Program-made: the position numbers and the translations under genes
The notes under the pieces: model-generated
The model's database searches: none
The model's input: the letters and a program-made list of their open reading frames with translations, nothing else
What the model was told of the DNA's origin: nothing
IMG/VR virus record: IMGVR_UViG_3300001528_000407
Span: 1 to 64,000 of that record
Origin: a virus
Lineage: Duplodnaviria; Caudoviricetes
Direction: 5' to 3' (one strand)
Length of the DNA: 64,000 nucleotides
In this document: positions 28,984 through 38,815 of the stretch, one piece after another
How positions within the stretch are numbered: position 1 is the first letter of the stretch
Layout: each line of letters opens with the position of its first letter

Positions 28984-29964
28984 TTATTTCTTACTACGTT
29001 TTCTCTTGCTTGGTGATGCGGAAGTAACCCGTTCGCCTACGGTGGCATACATACAGTCCACCATGTTTGCTTTCTTCAAGCAGATATAGGTGCCCACGAT
29101 GATGTCACGGAAGGCGCGGCTCATCTTGCAGTTCTGAAACAACACTTTAATGATATTCACCCTGCCCTGCTCGTCTTGCTCGCTATTCAGCACATTGGTG
29201 AGGCAGTGCATCGTCTCACCCTTGGCTGGCTGCTGAGTGTAAGGATTGCCCTCGATATGATAGAGAGCCAGGGTAGTAAGCTGCTGCGGATGGCGAAGCT
29301 GAAACTCATGCACCTTATCCTTGAGGAGCGACATCAACTGCTCGAAGTCTTCATGCAAGTTCTTCAAGCCATCGACGAATGCCAAGAAATCGACTGCGGT
29401 CTGCTTGTCGGACAGAATGGCTTTCAGCTCCTCACGGCTCATCGTAAGGTCTGGCTCCTCTTGCAGGAGCAATTCTATGCGCTGCTCGATAGGGACGGTT
29501 TCATCTTGCAAGGCTTTCTCGAAAGATTGCTTTGCCTCTTCCAGTCGAGCCTCCATTTCTTTGAGCGACATAGAGCCATCGTTGCTTTCCTTGGGGATAG
29601 TGACGGCGGTCTTGCCATCAAACATTTCGTATCTCGCACCCATCAGCCAAGACTGGAGGTTGATGTAATGATCCTTGTCGGCATGGGCGATATTCGCCTC
29701 GGTCCACTCCGAGTATTGTTCGTAGGTCATGTGGTGCATCAGTATCAGCACCATTTCTTCGGGAGTAAGAAAATCCACTCCGTCGAAATCACAGGTGCCA
29801 CCCACCACGCCACCTACCCAGTAAGGGCTGCGGCATCCCTCAAACAGTCGCTCGTTCACCTGCTCGGCGAGGTCGAGACAAGACTGCTGGAAGGCATTGA
29901 TGGCTTCGAGAGCCTTATCCTTTTCGGGAGTCTCCTGCTTATTATCATTCTTATCTTGTGCCAT
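28984..29964 (-). CDS. Hypothetical protein
   Basis: 326 aa ORF. Confidence 0.65.
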   Translation of the reverse strand: MAQDKNDNKQETPEKDKALEAINAFQQSCLDLAEQVNERLFEGCRSPYWVGGVVGGTCDFDGVDFLTPEEMVLILMHHMTYEQYSEWTEANIAHADKDHYINLQSWLMGARYEMFDGKTAVTIPKESNDGSMSLKEMEARLEEAKQSFEKALQDETVPIEQRIELLLQEEPDLTMSREELKAILSDKQTAVDFLAFVDGLKNLHEDFEQLMSLLKDKVHEFQLRHPQQLTTLALYHIEGNPYTQQPAKGETMHCLTNVLNSEQDEQGRVNIIKVLFQNCKMSRAFRDIIVGTYICLKKANMVDCMYATVGERVTSASPSKRKRSKK

Positions 29965-29977
29965 AACTTATCGGATA

Positions 29978-30424
29978 TTATTCATTCTCGGCTTTTTGCG
30001 CCACCTTCGGCGCGCATACGTTACCATGCTCATACACCACAGGAGCCTCGCCTGCCTTGATGCGCTCCTCGTTGTATCGGGCGAAGGCGACACCAATCTT
30101 GTCTTGGAAGGTTTCATTGATGGTACGTCGGTCTTGCTTCACCTGGGCGATGCCTTTCTTGAAGATATTATAGGCATTCGTTTTACGAGTACCCAAGCCA
30201 GCGTTGAATGTGCCAAGGTCGAAAGCCTGTTGCTTCTGGAATGCTTTCAACTCCTCTTTCTGTACCTTCATAAAGGCAATTTTATCTTCGGAGATACTAT
30301 TGTGCTCACGCTGATAATTCGCTTTCAGGCTGTTCTCACGGTCGTAAGTAGCCATCATCTTCTCATCTCGCTCCTTGCGAAGGGGAGCGAGAACGTCTTG
30401 TTGAAATTGTTCTACTGTTCTCAT
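29978..30424 (-). CDS. Hypothetical helical protein
   Basis: 148 aa ORF. Confidence 0.6.
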   Translation of the reverse strand: MRTVEQFQQDVLAPLRKERDEKMMATYDRENSLKANYQREHNSISEDKIAFMKVQKEELKAFQKQQAFDLGTFNAGLGTRKTNAYNIFKKGIAQVKQDRRTINETFQDKIGVAFARYNEERIKAGEAPVVYEHGNVCAPKVAQKAENE

Positions 30425-30605
30425 TGTTACTAAAATCTATAAATCCTTTTTTCTTATTTGTTTATGAATGTTGTTATTTATAGGGCATGGTATGGTTGCG
30501 CCATCGGTCGATAATCTGACGGAAGACCGACAAACTCCCATATCATTTACCTTTTTTAAGTGAAGAGTGAAGTATGAAGAGTGAAGAGTCCTCTCGCATT
30601 CCTTG

Positions 30606-31001
30606 TTACACGAAATCCAATGGTGGGTATCGACGCTGTAACTCTTTCTCTTTCGCCTCTTTCTCGGCTTGTTGCTCTGCCTTGACTTTCTCCGCTTCTT
30701 CCTTGAAGAGCTTCTTTAGGGCATCACGCTCCATCATACTATTCTCTTTGAGAAGAGCGATAAACTTGTCTCTACCCAACTTCTTGTAGTAAGGAATGAA
30801 CTCCTTATCCACCAAGTCAGCCGGCTCACCAACAGGAATGCTGACCTGCGTAAGGTCTCGCCCTTGCTTATCCACGATGAGGAGCATTCGCTTTTTGCCA
30901 CCCTCGCCTTGCACGGTGATACCACCGCTATACTTGGCTACGCTAAAATAGCTGCGAGTCCAAGCCTCCTTGGTGAGCAATATGGATCTAAACTCTGCCA
31001 T
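30606..31001 (-). CDS. Hypothetical protein
   Basis: 131 aa ORF. Confidence 0.65.
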   Translation of the reverse strand: MAEFRSILLTKEAWTRSYFSVAKYSGGITVQGEGGKKRMLLIVDKQGRDLTQVSIPVGEPADLVDKEFIPYYKKLGRDKFIALLKENSMMERDALKKLFKEEAEKVKAEQQAEKEAKEKELQRRYPPLDFV

Positions 31002-31042
31002 AACCTATAATTTATTGTTTGTTATTTATTATCTATTATTCG

Positions 31043-31204
31043 CTATGCGATTTCTTTATCGCCGCAATTCGATATATCTTGATACTGCATATATCGTTTA
31101 TGCTTCATGCAGTATAAGCCTCCGATGCAAATAGCTCCGTGCAGACACACCCAGCAAGGCTTCGCATCGGGCTTCATCGAACAATGTTTTAAATCAACCG
31201 ACAT
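31043..31204 (-). CDS. Small Cys-rich protein (53 aa), not in the ORF track
   Basis: MSVDLKHCSMKPDAKPCWVCLHGAICIGGLYCMKHKRYMQYQDISNCGDKEIA*; first gene after the promoter at about 31235. Confidence 0.6.
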   Translation of the reverse strand: MSVDLKHCSMKPDAKPCWVCLHGAICIGGLYCMKHKRYMQYQDISNCGDKEIA

Positions 31205-31230
31205 CTTTATAACTATATCTCAAATATATT

Positions 31231-31245
31231 TCGGTTGCAAATTTA
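31231..31245 (-). promoter_or_regulatory. Promoter TAAATTTGCAACCGAA driving the 31204-to-22977 operon
   Basis: -7 box TAAATTTG followed by CAACCGAA; the same TTTGCAACCGAA occurs upstream of the primase (about 41632-41647). Confidence 0.6.
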
Positions 31246-31354
31246 GGAATTAAATCTTAAATTTGCAAATAAATTAGGAAATAAATAATATCAGGGGTAT
31301 GATTTTAACGTTAATTTTACATTAAAACATACCTCTGATATATTTCTAAGAATA

Positions 31355-31407
31355 AAAAGCCTCGATACCTTGCCTTGCATTATAGAAGGCTCGATACCGA
31401 GGCTTTT
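31355..31407 (-). terminator. Terminator after the capsid/tail-tube operon
   Basis: AAAAGCCTCG...CGAGGCTTTT inverted repeat with a T-run on the - strand. Confidence 0.7.
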
Positions 31408-31460
31408 CAGAAATATGAGTTTAAATTGCCAATGGAAATCCATTGTAGAGTGGGGAGCGA

Positions 31461-31643
31461 TTATTCATCGTCTTCATCAAGCGAAGAGGTCTCATCGTTA
31501 ACGGATGCCACCTTCTTTGCGCTCGTCTTGCTTGTGCTTGACTTAGAAGACTGCGTGGACGCAGTGTTCTCGGCTGCGCTATCCGAAGACTTTGTAGAGG
31601 CGGAATTAACGTCGCTCTTATCAGTTCCGCCTGTTATTCCCCC
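31461..31643 (-). CDS. -1-frame C-terminal extension of the tail tube protein
   Basis: Open -1 frame after GTG GGG GAA TAA: GITGGTDKSDVNSASTKSS...VASVNDETSSLDEDDE*; no good independent start. Confidence 0.6.
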   Translation of the reverse strand, partial: GGITGGTDKSDVNSASTKSSDSAAENTASTQSSKSSTSKTSAKKVASVNDETSSLDEDDE

Positions 31644-32212
31644 ACGCCGGTACCAGTACCGTTCAAGAGAGAATCCCAACCACCTTCAGGTGTTGCAATC
31701 TCGTAGCGACCATAAGTAGTAGGCTGGAGAGTTCCGGACAATGTAACTGTTCGGTCATCCTCTGGCTTCTTGCCTGTGTCGCCCTTGATGTTACCTGAAT
31801 CGTACTTGAAGTCGTGCTGCTTGTCATACACGATGATAGAGCTTGCACTATCCTCTACGATGTAACCGCACTTCAAGTTGTTGAGACCACGAGCCACGAA
31901 AGCAGTGTCTGCGTTTACGCTCTCAAGAACGTAATCCAAGGTCTGCTTGAAGCCCTTCTGATAACCAAGGTTCTCCCAAGTATGACCCTGGCCACCATCC
32001 TGGCACTCGAACTTATAGAGACCCTTACCCTTCTTGAAAGATGCAGTAGTAAGAGCTGCATACTTGTTAGTTCCCTCTGTTGGCTCCAAAGCCTTCATGA
32101 GGTCGCTCTTCAAGAAAACATATACGTTTACGCCAAGACCACCGAAGTTTTCCAAGCAATCATTCTCGGAAAGCAAGTCTTTGATCTCTGGGCATGTCTT
32201 AGTATCTGCCAT
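31634..32212 (-). CDS. Probable major tail tube protein
   Basis: 192 aa, immediately after the capsid gene; GKGLYKFEC and GDTGKKPEDDRTVTLSG segments resemble tube proteins. Confidence 0.6.
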   Translation of the reverse strand: MADTKTCPEIKDLLSENDCLENFGGLGVNVYVFLKSDLMKALEPTEGTNKYAALTTASFKKGKGLYKFECQDGGQGHTWENLGYQKGFKQTLDYVLESVNADTAFVARGLNNLKCGYIVEDSASSIIVYDKQHDFKYDSGNIKGDTGKKPEDDRTVTLSGTLQPTTYGRYEIATPEGGWDSLLNGTGTGVGE

Positions 32213-32335
32213 AATTGTATCTTTTTTAATGATTAATAGAAAAAAATGGCGGCGGAAGCCATATTCCGTCAGGTCAGGCTTGCTCGCCCGCCGCCAAAGG
32301 ATTTATAGTGTGTTTTAGTAAGCCTAACCGTCAGG

Positions 32336-33625
32336 TTACTCACCGTCAGCTTTGAAGAAAGCGGTATAGCCCATAGCCATGCCAGTGGCGATTACCTGAA
32401 TCTTCTTCTCCTTGCTGCCGTTGCTCCAGTGAGAGAACTTATCGGTAGAACCCTCTACAGCTTCGAGTGTGATAACCTCGTTTGCTGTGGTGTCAACTGG
32501 CTCGGTGTACTTCTTGTCGTTCACCTTTACGCTACCATCAGTAATCTCGGTACCCTTGTCGTGAGCAAGAGTAACAACAAGGTTAGAGCTGGTGTAGTCG
32601 CCAGATACGAGATCTGTGCTCTGAAGGGAACCGTCTGTAACCGCAAGCGCCCAAGCGAATGGATTTTCGACTCCACAGCCTTGAATTGACTGGCACTGGA
32701 ACTGGAGATCACGTGTATCGCTGTCAGAACCGAGACGAACGTCAACGAATGACTGATTGCCCTCAGAATCAACTGCGAATACAAAGTTGCCAGGGACAGT
32801 AAAGATGATGCGGTCGCCAACACCCATACCATCAACAGGAGCGATAGTTACCTTTGGCAACTCGGGAATCTTGTAGTTACCATCAGCCACCACGTCGAGC
32901 TTGTGAGTACCGTATGACTGGAGAGCATACGCATCAGAGATAGCGATGGCAGTCTCAGTAGTCATGTAAGCGAAAATCTGCTGACGGCGAAGACGTGGGT
33001 CCAAAGACATATAAGCCTTGCGGAAAATCTTGTAAGCAGAGCTATCCTTCTCGTTAGCTGGAGCTGTGATAGCCTCGCAGTGAATCAAGTTGTGGTTAGC
33101 CTCGCTGATAAGGCCATCCTCAATGTCGTGATTGATACAAGTAATCCAACCGTCCATCAAGCCCATAGCCTTCTCTTCCTCGGTAGCACCCTCATGGTCG
33201 TTGTCGATGTTACCCCACCAACAGTTGTTGTAGATGTCGTCTGCGTGAGTCTTGATAACAGCTTCTACGGCTACAGTAGAGAGTGGGTAAGCACCCTGTG
33301 CGTCAGTACCGTGAATTGTTTCGCAATAGCGGTCGATGTTATCGCTACCGTGGAACCAGGCGAGTTTAGCTGTAAGAACACGCTCCTTCAAGAAACCGAT
33401 TGGAGAATCCATCTTAGGATTCAAATCCTTGCGGCGAGTGGTGCCACCCTTGCGAAGGAAGATGTTAGTGGTACGCTGGTACTGGATGCCGCTGATTACC
33501 TTGATGCCAAGACGCTGCATCTCCTCCGGAGCTGCATACTGCGGACCCATAACCACGCTTTTGAATACCTGGTTGGCAACCTGCTGAAGAGCCTCGATGC
33601 CAATAAAGTCTTTTGGTGTATTCAT
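32336..33625 (-). CDS. Major capsid protein with a C-terminal appended beta domain
   Basis: 429 aa gene directly downstream of the S49 protease/scaffold; the last ~75 aa contain a FSHWSNG InlB-B-repeat-like signature. Confidence 0.7.
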   Translation of the reverse strand: MNTPKDFIGIEALQQVANQVFKSVVMGPQYAAPEEMQRLGIKVISGIQYQRTTNIFLRKGGTTRRKDLNPKMDSPIGFLKERVLTAKLAWFHGSDNIDRYCETIHGTDAQGAYPLSTVAVEAVIKTHADDIYNNCWWGNIDNDHEGATEEEKAMGLMDGWITCINHDIEDGLISEANHNLIHCEAITAPANEKDSSAYKIFRKAYMSLDPRLRRQQIFAYMTTETAIAISDAYALQSYGTHKLDVVADGNYKIPELPKVTIAPVDGMGVGDRIIFTVPGNFVFAVDSEGNQSFVDVRLGSDSDTRDLQFQCQSIQGCGVENPFAWALAVTDGSLQSTDLVSGDYTSSNLVVTLAHDKGTEITDGSVKVNDKKYTEPVDTTANEVITLEAVEGSTDKFSHWSNGSKEKKIQVIATGMAMGYTAFFKADGE

Positions 33626-33691
33626 AATTAATATAGTTTTAATTGTGGATAAAATGTTTTCTGTTAAATCGAAGTAAGAATAATGATGAGA

Positions 33692-35395
33692 TTAGAGGCC
33701 TGTTGACTTTCTGTAAGCCTCGATAGCCTTCTTTGAGCCGATAGGGTCGGCAGGATCCCAAGTAGGGTAGGCTGTATGAGCCTCTTCTACCTTTGCACCC
33801 TCGCCATTGTTCTCAGGAGCGGCACCAGCCTCTGGTTCGTTACCTGGATCTTCGTTGAGAGCTGCAATCTGTGCATTCTTGTCGGCGATAGTCTGCTCGG
33901 CGGTTGCGAGTGCATCTTTCGCACCCTTCAACTCCTCGTCAGCCTTGGCCTTGTCGGAAGTAAGATTCTTGATTTCCTCGTCCTTCTGGGCGATAGTCTC
34001 ATCTTTCTTGGCGATAGCATCTTCATGCTCTGCCTTGATGTTGGCGATTTCAGTAGCGTGAGCCTCGTTAGCATCGGTAAGAGCCTTCTCTGCGTTAGCC
34101 TTCGCCTCCTGTGCGGAAGCAAGCTGCTCATTGAGGGCATCAAACTTAGCCTGCAAGTCATTCAAGCTCTGTTCTGCCTGGGTAGCCTTCTGCTGTGCAT
34201 CAGCCACCTTTTGCTCGTTAGCTGCAAGAGATGCTTCGAGAGTATCAAGCAGGGGGGCATTCATGAATGCACCTTCCTCCTTAACCTCAATCTCATTCTC
34301 CTTCAAGCCACAAGCCTTGTTGATCTGTGGATAATTTGCCATATTGATTTGAGTTTTAGAATTGTTATCCTGTTTTGATGAAGAAGCCTGCGGGTCTTCC
34401 TTGCTTGGCTCTGGGTCGTTGGATGGCTCATTCTGTGGCTCATCCTCCGGCTCATCGGAAGAAGTCTCTCGCTTGATAGGCTCGGCCGTACCATTATACA
34501 GGTCGAAGCAACGCTGCACGCAAGAGAAGAAATCGCTCTGCTCATCTACCAAGATGCCTTTCACCTTCTCGGCACTGAATACCTTTCCATGCAGGTGTTC
34601 GTCTTTCGCATTAGGGCAAGCGGTTTTCACATCATTGCGGAACTCCACGCCCAACTCTGCAAGCTCGGCTACGAGTGCCTGGGTGTCGCCATCGTTGGCT
34701 ACATCACGAAACTCTCTGTTCTTGTCGAAACTCTCGGGGTCGTAAAGCTCATGGTAAGTCTCATCGGTAAACTGGTTCTTGCTACCATCCGCCTGGGTGT
34801 AGAATGCTGCCATCACACCGATGCAACCGATTTCGTTCTTCGGGTGCATGTAGTAACGCTCATCGCAAAGAGAGGCGAGATACATACCAGCACTGGCACA
34901 CATGCCATCAATAAAGGCAATGACAAACTGACCCTTGGAGTGAGCATAGTCGATGGCTTGCTGATAGTCGTTCTTAGCCCAAGCTGAACCACCAGGAGTG
35001 TTGATGATGAAAATGTGACCTCGGCACAACGGATGGTTAGCTGCACGAATCATCATGTCTCTGTGGTCGATACTGCCATAAGAGCAACCTCCGCCGTTTC
35101 GGGTGATAGGACCATCCACGGTGAGCACGCTCACGAACGGGAAGTTCTGAAGGTCGTCATCTTCGAGCGCCCAGTTACCACGCACCTGCTTGCCATCCTC
35201 GGAAATCTGATATTCCTCTGGGTAGTACACACCACCCATCGCATCGACGGCAGTAACGAAACCGCAAGACTTCTGAGGCTTCTCGAATGCAGCATGGGCA
35301 TTCAAATTTTGCTCCAAAGCCTTTCTCATGCCATGCACGAAGTCAGGGAGAATCATCCACTCCTTCTTAGTTATCAATTCGTATAAACCATTCAT
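33692..35395 (-). CDS. S49 (SppA-like) prohead protease fused to a coiled-coil scaffold
   Basis: IFIINTPGGS, FIDGMCASAGMYLASLCD and EIGCIGV S49 motifs; long acidic coiled-coil C-terminus. Confidence 0.88.
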   Translation of the reverse strand: MNGLYELITKKEWMILPDFVHGMRKALEQNLNAHAAFEKPQKSCGFVTAVDAMGGVYYPEEYQISEDGKQVRGNWALEDDDLQNFPFVSVLTVDGPITRNGGGCSYGSIDHRDMMIRAANHPLCRGHIFIINTPGGSAWAKNDYQQAIDYAHSKGQFVIAFIDGMCASAGMYLASLCDERYYMHPKNEIGCIGVMAAFYTQADGSKNQFTDETYHELYDPESFDKNREFRDVANDGDTQALVAELAELGVEFRNDVKTACPNAKDEHLHGKVFSAEKVKGILVDEQSDFFSCVQRCFDLYNGTAEPIKRETSSDEPEDEPQNEPSNDPEPSKEDPQASSSKQDNNSKTQINMANYPQINKACGLKENEIEVKEEGAFMNAPLLDTLEASLAANEQKVADAQQKATQAEQSLNDLQAKFDALNEQLASAQEAKANAEKALTDANEAHATEIANIKAEHEDAIAKKDETIAQKDEEIKNLTSDKAKADEELKGAKDALATAEQTIADKNAQIAALNEDPGNEPEAGAAPENNGEGAKVEEAHTAYPTWDPADPIGSKKAIEAYRKSTGL

Positions 35396-35532
35396 AGAGG
35401 GTTTGTATTTTTTAAAGGTTATCGTATGTTTTGTTATCCCAAATTGTGTTATCCTAAAACAAATCTTTTTGCCTCGTTTAGAAAACTCTTATCGAAGACA
35501 ATATGAAGAAATGTCTTATAAATCTTTCTGCT

Positions 35533-35571
35533 TGCAAAGGTAGAAAAAGAGGGTAGACGAGAGGGGACAAA
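35533..35571 (-). promoter_or_regulatory. Extended promoter TTTGTCCC-N21-TACCTTTGCA (copy 3)
   Basis: Reverse complement TTTGTCCC CTCTCGTCTACCCTCTTTTTC TACCTTTGCA, upstream of protease/capsid/tube. Confidence 0.75.
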
Positions 35572-35596
35572 AATAATCTAAAACAGGCGAATAAAC

Positions 35597-35628
35597 AAAA
35601 AAGCCGCCATCCTCACGGATAGCGGCTC
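35597..35628 (-). terminator. Rho-independent terminator
   Basis: GAGCCGCTATCC-GTGA-GGATGGCGGCTTTTTT on the - strand. Confidence 0.8.
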
Positions 35629-35771
35629 TCCCAAATAAATACAAAAACATTATCGCTCTAATATTATTTGCACCTAAAAACTTAATAAAAAATGGCACAC
35701 GTCTCAATTACCAAAGACGCGTTAGAAGTACTTATATATTCATTTCAACCTATTCTATCATATTCTTTCCA

Positions 35772-36269
35772 TCAATCCTGCTTGAACGTGATAGGAATCT
35801 TATCATTCATCGCCGTAATGGAGGCGGTGAGCGTATAAGTTTCCGTATTGCTCTGGTTGGTCGATGATGCCAATATTCTGAACGTATTGGACAGCGTATA
35901 TAATAGGTAATAGGTACCATCTTGGTTTTTGAGCACAATATAATGCTCCTGCTGCCCCATTTTAGATACAATTTCGTAGATATTTTCCTTGCCAATGGAA
36001 ATGGTGGCATTTATCTCGAAGGTATAAGGCATACCATTGCCAGCTACAGACGATGTAACTTTCACCGTCATAGCTTCTGCCACAACATAGTTGTTATCAC
36101 CTTCAGTGGTGGCAATATGCAGGTTGGCAGTACCCATCTCGCAATCATTCATCGAGAGGATAGGCTTCACGAAGGATGGGATGGGTAATACCGCACCTTT
36201 GGTTGGATAAAAGTAGGCATCCGTGATGCCATCAAGAAAATATTCTCGGCAATTATCGGGCTTTTTCAT
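35772..36269 (-). CDS. Hypothetical beta-rich protein
   Basis: 165 aa ORF. Confidence 0.6.
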   Translation of the reverse strand: MKKPDNCREYFLDGITDAYFYPTKGAVLPIPSFVKPILSMNDCEMGTANLHIATTEGDNNYVVAEAMTVKVTSSVAGNGMPYTFEINATISIGKENIYEIVSKMGQQEHYIVLKNQDGTYYLLYTLSNTFRILASSTNQSNTETYTLTASITAMNDKIPITFKQD

Positions 36270-36343
36270 ACTGGGTAAAAACTTTTCTTTGTTATTTAAT
36301 ATTTTTTAATTATCACTTTAACAGTTATTAATTAAGTTACGTA

Positions 36344-37075
36344 TCATAGCCAAACAATACCATCCACGCGATGTATGCTCTCCTTAGGGTCTTCGTACTG
36401 CATATCCATGCACGAATAGGAGGTATAGTCCAGGTGGTCGGTCTTCAACCATCTAAGGATGATGCGACGCAGATTGTCTTTCTCTTCCGTGGTTGGCTCT
36501 ATACCATATCTCATAAGGTAACGCTCCAGCATGGCTGTTTGTGCCCTGGCGATAATCCTACCGTTACATACGCAAAAATCGAAGGTAGAGATGGCCCAAT
36601 CTACCAAACTTCGCTTGAAGTCGTTGTTGAGCATCGTTAGCAATCGCCTTACGCCATGAACCTCCAGGGTATAGGTAGGAGTGACAGGGCGAACCATGTC
36701 TATCATTTCCACCTCGCTTGGCAAGTGGATGCAAAGATAGTCTTCCTTGATGCTGCGGTCGTAGTCCAAGATACCATTCAGGTATTGTACCTCTGCAAAG
36801 GTAAGATAATCCGCCGTATTTCTCTTGACAATTACCTTGCCTCCCAATGGGTGTTTACCTTGCATCATGTTGGTCCACTGCCACTGGGAGAAGCAAGCGG
36901 GATTAACCTGCTGCGTACGACTGCTCGCATTGGTGAGCGAGTTCTTCATCACAAAGTATTCCGGCATGTAGGCATTGAATATCAATGGTTCTTCCCAAGC
37001 AAGCACTTGCTTAGGGTCTCGATGCCGAAAATACTGGCAACGACTGGTGGGTAATCGAAGAAAGATGTTTGGCAT
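36344..37075 (-). CDS. Hypothetical protein, possible transcription regulator
   Basis: 243 aa; C-terminal helical LERYLMRYGIE...NLRRIILRW may be HTH-like (weak). Confidence 0.5.
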   Translation of the reverse strand: MPNIFLRLPTSRCQYFRHRDPKQVLAWEEPLIFNAYMPEYFVMKNSLTNASSRTQQVNPACFSQWQWTNMMQGKHPLGGKVIVKRNTADYLTFAEVQYLNGILDYDRSIKEDYLCIHLPSEVEMIDMVRPVTPTYTLEVHGVRRLLTMLNNDFKRSLVDWAISTFDFCVCNGRIIARAQTAMLERYLMRYGIEPTTEEKDNLRRIILRWLKTDHLDYTSYSCMDMQYEDPKESIHRVDGIVWL

Positions 37076-37121
37076 TTATTTATAATTTATGATTTATAAC
37101 TTATCATTTATATATAGTTTA

Positions 37122-38087
37122 TCATTTCTTTTCGTTCATTTGATAATATAGCATGATGGCATCCGTTACCAGGAAGCAATAATTCAGTGGGTCTTTGCTT
37201 GCATCAATCTTTGCCTTGCCTGCTGCCATCAGCTTATCCAGCTTGTCCGTCTGGCTTGGCGAGAGATTATAGGCGAGAGCCACGGCATCAATGTAGGCAC
37301 CGTTATTCTCGGTTCGCTTGATGAAGTTCATACCAAAATGCTTGCCACTCTCGAAGAAGAGGTTGATAGCCTCCATCATCTGCTCGGCTGTATAGGTAGG
37401 GCGGCGAGGATGCAGCTTGCGATATTTCTCACTGTACGTCTTCAGTCGTTTCTCCATATACTCATTGATACTATCCGAATAATCAAAGTACAATTCCTGG
37501 TCTGCCTCGGTCTTCATACCCTTGTCTCGTGAGCACTGGAAGAAGCCTCTCAACTGCTGCATCATCGTAGCCACGCCGTCAAACTGGGTGAACTCGATGG
37601 CGTTGCCGAATACATTCTTCATGTCGGCTTTAATATCAGTCAAGAGACTCTCCAGCATATCAGAGAGGAAAGTAATCTTATCCAGGTTGGCAGACAGTCT
37701 ATCCACCTGCTCGTTCATGCCTTCCTTGGAGTAATCTACATAGTACTTCATCAAGTTGTCGAAGGAGAGGAGGTCGTAGGTGGTATCAGAACGAATGTTC
37801 GACTGCACGATAAGGGCATACATCAGGTCTGCCAACTTGCGGTCTCGCTGCTGGATGCCACGGATAGCAGCTTGTATCTCCGCCGAATTAGGGCGCATAC
37901 GTCCTGCTGCCTTCACCAGGTTGTTGCGCTTATTGACGAGTTCCACAAAGTCAGGATCACCGAAGAGTAATTTCAGTGTCTCGGTGTATTTCTCCATCGG
38001 TGTGTCCTTGAAATTGAACACATAGATGGTAGGCTCCATTTCTATTTTTGCGGCTTTCTTCGCCAAGTCTTTTTTATTCTTTGCCAT
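37122..38087 (-). CDS. Hypothetical helical protein
   Basis: 321 aa ORF. Confidence 0.65.
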   Translation of the reverse strand: MAKNKKDLAKKAAKIEMEPTIYVFNFKDTPMEKYTETLKLLFGDPDFVELVNKRNNLVKAAGRMRPNSAEIQAAIRGIQQRDRKLADLMYALIVQSNIRSDTTYDLLSFDNLMKYYVDYSKEGMNEQVDRLSANLDKITFLSDMLESLLTDIKADMKNVFGNAIEFTQFDGVATMMQQLRGFFQCSRDKGMKTEADQELYFDYSDSINEYMEKRLKTYSEKYRKLHPRRPTYTAEQMMEAINLFFESGKHFGMNFIKRTENNGAYIDAVALAYNLSPSQTDKLDKLMAAGKAKIDASKDPLNYCFLVTDAIMLYYQMNEKK

Positions 38088-38328
38088 ATTGCTTGCTTAC
38101 TTGTAGGGGAGATTTAAGTCTCCCTATTTTTTACACTATAAATCCTCTATTTATCATAACAGCCATTATTTCTTCAAACGGCTATGATGATTTTGATAAC
38201 CTTTCAGCCAGGATACAGGTGCAGGGTTTGCACAGTGAAACGAGCAATTCACGCTATAGAGCATGGCGTGAAAAGCGTCTATTTCCTCGGCTGTGAATGG
38301 GCAATCTTTGTTAATTCGACGTGCCATA

Positions 38329-38784
38329 TTATGATTGCTCCTTATCCGACGATCCGTAGCCGTTGGCACCTCTTGCAGTCTTGCGAAGCTCATCCACCAA
38401 CTCGAAATCCAGTGGCTCTGTGCGCTCCAGGCAAATCTGACAAACCTTGTCGCCCACCTTGTAGCGAGGCAAGGATGGCACTACGTGATAGAACACAGCC
38501 GACAACTCGCCTGTATAAATCTCGTCGATGGTACCTTGCGAATTGGAAAGCACCATGCCGGTCTTATACACCGATGAGCGGGCACGCAGGTTAATACCTC
38601 GGATATGCGCTCCATCACAATCATTGACTGGCTGCAAGGCGAAACCTAAGCCATACTTCCATACACCAGGATGAACCTCTTTTTCGCTCACTGCCACACA
38701 ATCGTAGCAGAAATCTGCCTCATGCCCATCCGCCTTAAAAGGAATCAGAGCTTTATCATCTAATTTCTTGATTAAAAACTTCAT
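38329..38784 (-). CDS. dut: dUTPase (trimeric)
   Basis: Motifs RARSSVYK, SNSQGTIDEIYTGE, GDKVCQ and RGANGYGSS. Confidence 0.92.
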   Translation of the reverse strand: MKFLIKKLDDKALIPFKADGHEADFCYDCVAVSEKEVHPGVWKYGLGFALQPVNDCDGAHIRGINLRARSSVYKTGMVLSNSQGTIDEIYTGELSAVFYHVVPSLPRYKVGDKVCQICLERTEPLDFELVDELRKTARGANGYGSSDKEQS

Positions 38785-38815
38785 TTTATTTGCGCTATTT
38801 TCAATTTATTGTAAT

